Assembly (NCBI GenBank): GCA_947165815.1
Contig: CAMVBZ010000002.1
Location: 1-54,565 of the forward strand
Length of the DNA: 54,565 bases
DNA from: an uncultured Clostridia bacterium
GTDB taxonomy: Bacteria > Bacillota > Clostridia > Christensenellales > CAG-917
Direction: 5' to 3'
A model generated the notes under the pieces. That model saw nothing but the letters and a program-made list of their open reading frames with translations. It did not search any database and was not told the origin of the DNA. The position numbers and the translations under genes were made by a program. Below, one piece after another: positions 52,606 through 54,565 of this stretch; within the stretch, counting starts at the first letter, position 1; every line of letters begins with the position of its first letter.

Positions 52606-54441
52606 CTAAAACACCACCTTCTTTCTAATCGATGCTACTAACGGTGCTATGTCTTCAGCATACAGCACACGTTTAGACGATAATTGTTCAATTAATTTAG
52701 TTAGAACATTCTTATTTTCTTCTACATTAAACTCATCAAGTAGATCTTCATAAATTTTATGTATTCTATCTAATACGATTTGTTCTAACTTATCTGTTTC
52801 ATAAGGTTCTAAGTTATAATCTTTATAATAACTTTTTAAAATTGCTTTTGCTTTAGCTAAATCGTTACTAGCACCATTTGTGATATACCCACAAATAGTT
52901 TCTTCTGCTACACGTCCACCTAAAAGCATACGAATATGGTCAATGAACTTTTCTTTTGATAAAAGTCCTGTCATAACTGATGCTGTTTGTGTAAAACCCC
53001 CAGCATCTCCATAAGAATAATTAGTAACTTTAATTGGAATTGTGTCATTATATAACACTTCAGCAAGAACATGTCCGCATTCATGAGCAGTAACTAATTT
53101 TATAAATTCAGATTCACCATCTGGATGTCTGATATTCTTTGTAATAACTTTGTTTACTGCTTCATTAATGTTATCTAATGTAATTTCGGATTTACCTTGT
53201 CTAATAGTTAAGATACCTGCTTCATTAGAAATTTCTTTAATGTCTGCAGGAGTTAAACCTTTTGTTAAATCTGAAATTGTTTCATGTTTAACACCAGCTT
53301 CTAATGGCATTTTGATTTTATCAAAATAATACTTAACCATGTGTAAACGTTCAAAGTCATCAGGATAGTCAATCGTAATTTGTCTACCAAATCTACCTGA
53401 ACGCATTAATGCACTATCTAATCTTTCAGGGAAGTTTGTAGCAGCTAACACCATAATGTTTTCAGACTCTGTGAAGCCTGACATTTCAGCTAGAAGTTGA
53501 TTAAGTGTTCTATCTTCCTCGCCACCTGCACCTCCTGAACGATTTTGTCTATCACCAAAGCTATCTAATTCATCAATGAATAAGATAACACCTTTACCTG
53601 ACTTTTCAGATAATACTTTGGCAGCCTTGAAAATCATTCTAATATTTTCTGCACCTGAACCGATATACTGTCCTTGCAAAGCAGATGCTGTACATGTCAT
53701 AAAGAAACAATCTACAGTGCCTGCAATACAACGGGCTGCATAGGTCTTACCTGTGCCCCAAGGGCCTTTAAATAAAATACCTTTAGGGATATTTACACCA
53801 GCACTTTTGTATGTTGCAGAATGCTCAAAGAAATCTCTAATTTCTTCTAATTCTGTTTTTAATAAAGGATTACAGATATAATCTGCTAATGTTTCTTTAG
53901 GTTTTACAACCTCAGCCTTAGTATTCTTACTAATTTCTTCACAAAGCCTATCAATGTCTGTAGTTGGTGTACTACCTGTTGGCATTGTAGCACCTACAGC
54001 AGAAGCCATACTTGATAATGTTGCTGAAATAGTTTTAGCACTGCTTATTGTTCTCACAAAGATATCTGGAAGTTCTGCATGAATATTACCTATAATAGTA
54101 TCCACAGCAACTCTAGTATCTTTTGTAATAGTAGCTGTTGGATCTGTACTTGCTTCCATAAGGATTCCAGTCTTTCCTGGATCTATTGTTAAAGTGATTA
54201 CACAGAAATCTTTATCAAAGGTATCATAAATCCAAATAATTAAGGATTGTAATCCTCCATTAAGATAAATTTTTTCTATTGTATTAAGAACATTGTTCTT
54301 AACCCAGTCATAATCAACTTTATCAACGTCAGTAGTTGCCTTAAAAGTCTTACCAAAATCATTTGTCCAGGCTAAAGGTGTTAGAGTTTCGAGATATTCT
54401 TTCTTTACATTTGCTACTCTTACTGTAATTTGTTCTGGCAT
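52606..54441 (-). CDS. FtsH-family AAA+ zinc metalloprotease lacking transmembrane segments
   Basis: Walker A GPWGTGKT, Walker B ILFIDELD, SRH region LAATNFPERLDSALMRSGRF. M41 protease motifs TAHECGHVL, GGRVAEE and GASNDL. The N-terminal ~190 aa have no hydrophobic helix. Confidence 0.85.
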   Translation of the reverse strand: MPEQITVRVANVKKEYLETLTPLAWTNDFGKTFKATTDVDKVDYDWVKNNVLNTIEKIYLNGGLQSLIIWIYDTFDKDFCVITLTIDPGKTGILMEASTDPTATITKDTRVAVDTIIGNIHAELPDIFVRTISSAKTISATLSSMASAVGATMPTGSTPTTDIDRLCEEISKNTKAEVVKPKETLADYICNPLLKTELEEIRDFFEHSATYKSAGVNIPKGILFKGPWGTGKTYAARCIAGTVDCFFMTCTASALQGQYIGSGAENIRMIFKAAKVLSEKSGKGVILFIDELDSFGDRQNRSGGAGGEEDRTLNQLLAEMSGFTESENIMVLAATNFPERLDSALMRSGRFGRQITIDYPDDFERLHMVKYYFDKIKMPLEAGVKHETISDLTKGLTPADIKEISNEAGILTIRQGKSEITLDNINEAVNKVITKNIRHPDGESEFIKLVTAHECGHVLAEVLYNDTIPIKVTNYSYGDAGGFTQTASVMTGLLSKEKFIDHIRMLLGGRVAEETICGYITNGASNDLAKAKAILKSYYKDYNLEPYETDKLEQIVLDRIHKIYEDLLDEFNVEENKNVLTKLIEQLSSKRVLYAEDIAPLVASIRKKVVF

Positions 54442-54456
54442 AGTCTGCCTCCTTTC

Positions 54457-54565
54457 CTAAGGGATTACTTCTACTTTCATAGATTCTAACGTAGCTAACT
54501 TTTGTTCATAAAGCTTTAAAGATTTACGACAAGTTGCTATTGTATCTTTACAAGATGCTAATGTC
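54457..54565 (-). CDS. C-terminal end of the junction-spanning 152-aa ORF (see 1..405)
   Basis: Reading 54510 down to 54457 gives YEQKLATLESMKVEVIP-stop, in frame with codon 135 at base 1. Bases 54511-54565 duplicate 1-55. Confidence 0.7.
   Translation of the reverse strand, partial: TLASCKDTIATCRKSLKLYEQKLATLESMKVEVIP
54511..54565. repeat. Terminal direct duplication, copy 2 (identical to 1-55)
   Basis: Exact 55-nt match read directly. Confidence 0.95.

Noticed and set aside
1-54565. Stop-codon reassignment (TAG or TGA recoding, as in some gut phages or Mollicute hosts)
   Set aside because: All large genes, including the 1752-aa and 1201-aa ORFs, are uninterrupted under the standard code. 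TGA, TAG and TAA all occur at sensible gene ends.
1-54565. CRISPR arrays, diversity-generating retroelement, transposase/IS elements, rRNA
   Set aside because: No spaced direct-repeat array, reverse transcriptase, transposase or rRNA-like sequence was seen while reading both strands. The only long exact repeat is the 55-nt end duplication.

Overview
The window is one complete phage genome. Bases 1-55 are repeated exactly at 54511-54565, so the unit length is 54,510 bp and the contig is circular or circularly permuted. It looks AT-rich by eye (not computed). Genes are tightly packed, with strong AGGAGG-type ribosome-binding sites and many ATGA stop/start overlaps. There are two convergent super-operons. 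The rightward late arm (about 6.2-34.3 kb) runs: terminase, portal, scaffold, capsid, large tail proteins, receptor-binding proteins, a run of integral-membrane proteins, glycine-zipper and Q/N-rich proteins, then a 1752-aa giant protein. The leftward early/replication arm runs from about 6.0 kb down through position 1, across the junction, to 34.4 kb. It encodes family-A DNA polymerase, DnaG-type primase fused to a helicase, SNF2 helicase, a Sak4-like ATPase, SSB, YqaJ exonuclease, a RuvC-like resolvase and DprA. I saw no integrase, repressor, RNA polymerase, CRISPR array, rRNA or recognisable endolysin. All ORFs are intact under the standard genetic code. The most unusual content is: (1) an operon pairing a transmembrane-less FtsH-family AAA+ metalloprotease with a CobS/MoxR-like ATPase and a CobT-like vWA protein; (2) an orphan MazF/PemK-like toxin translationally coupled between DNA polymerase and the resolvase; (3) the late block of membrane, glycine-zipper and giant proteins with no visible lysin; (4) a tRNA-like gene with an oversized central region; (5) an operator-rich divergent control region and several micro-ORFs below the ORF-track cutoff. 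Functional calls rest on motifs read by eye. No database search was run.
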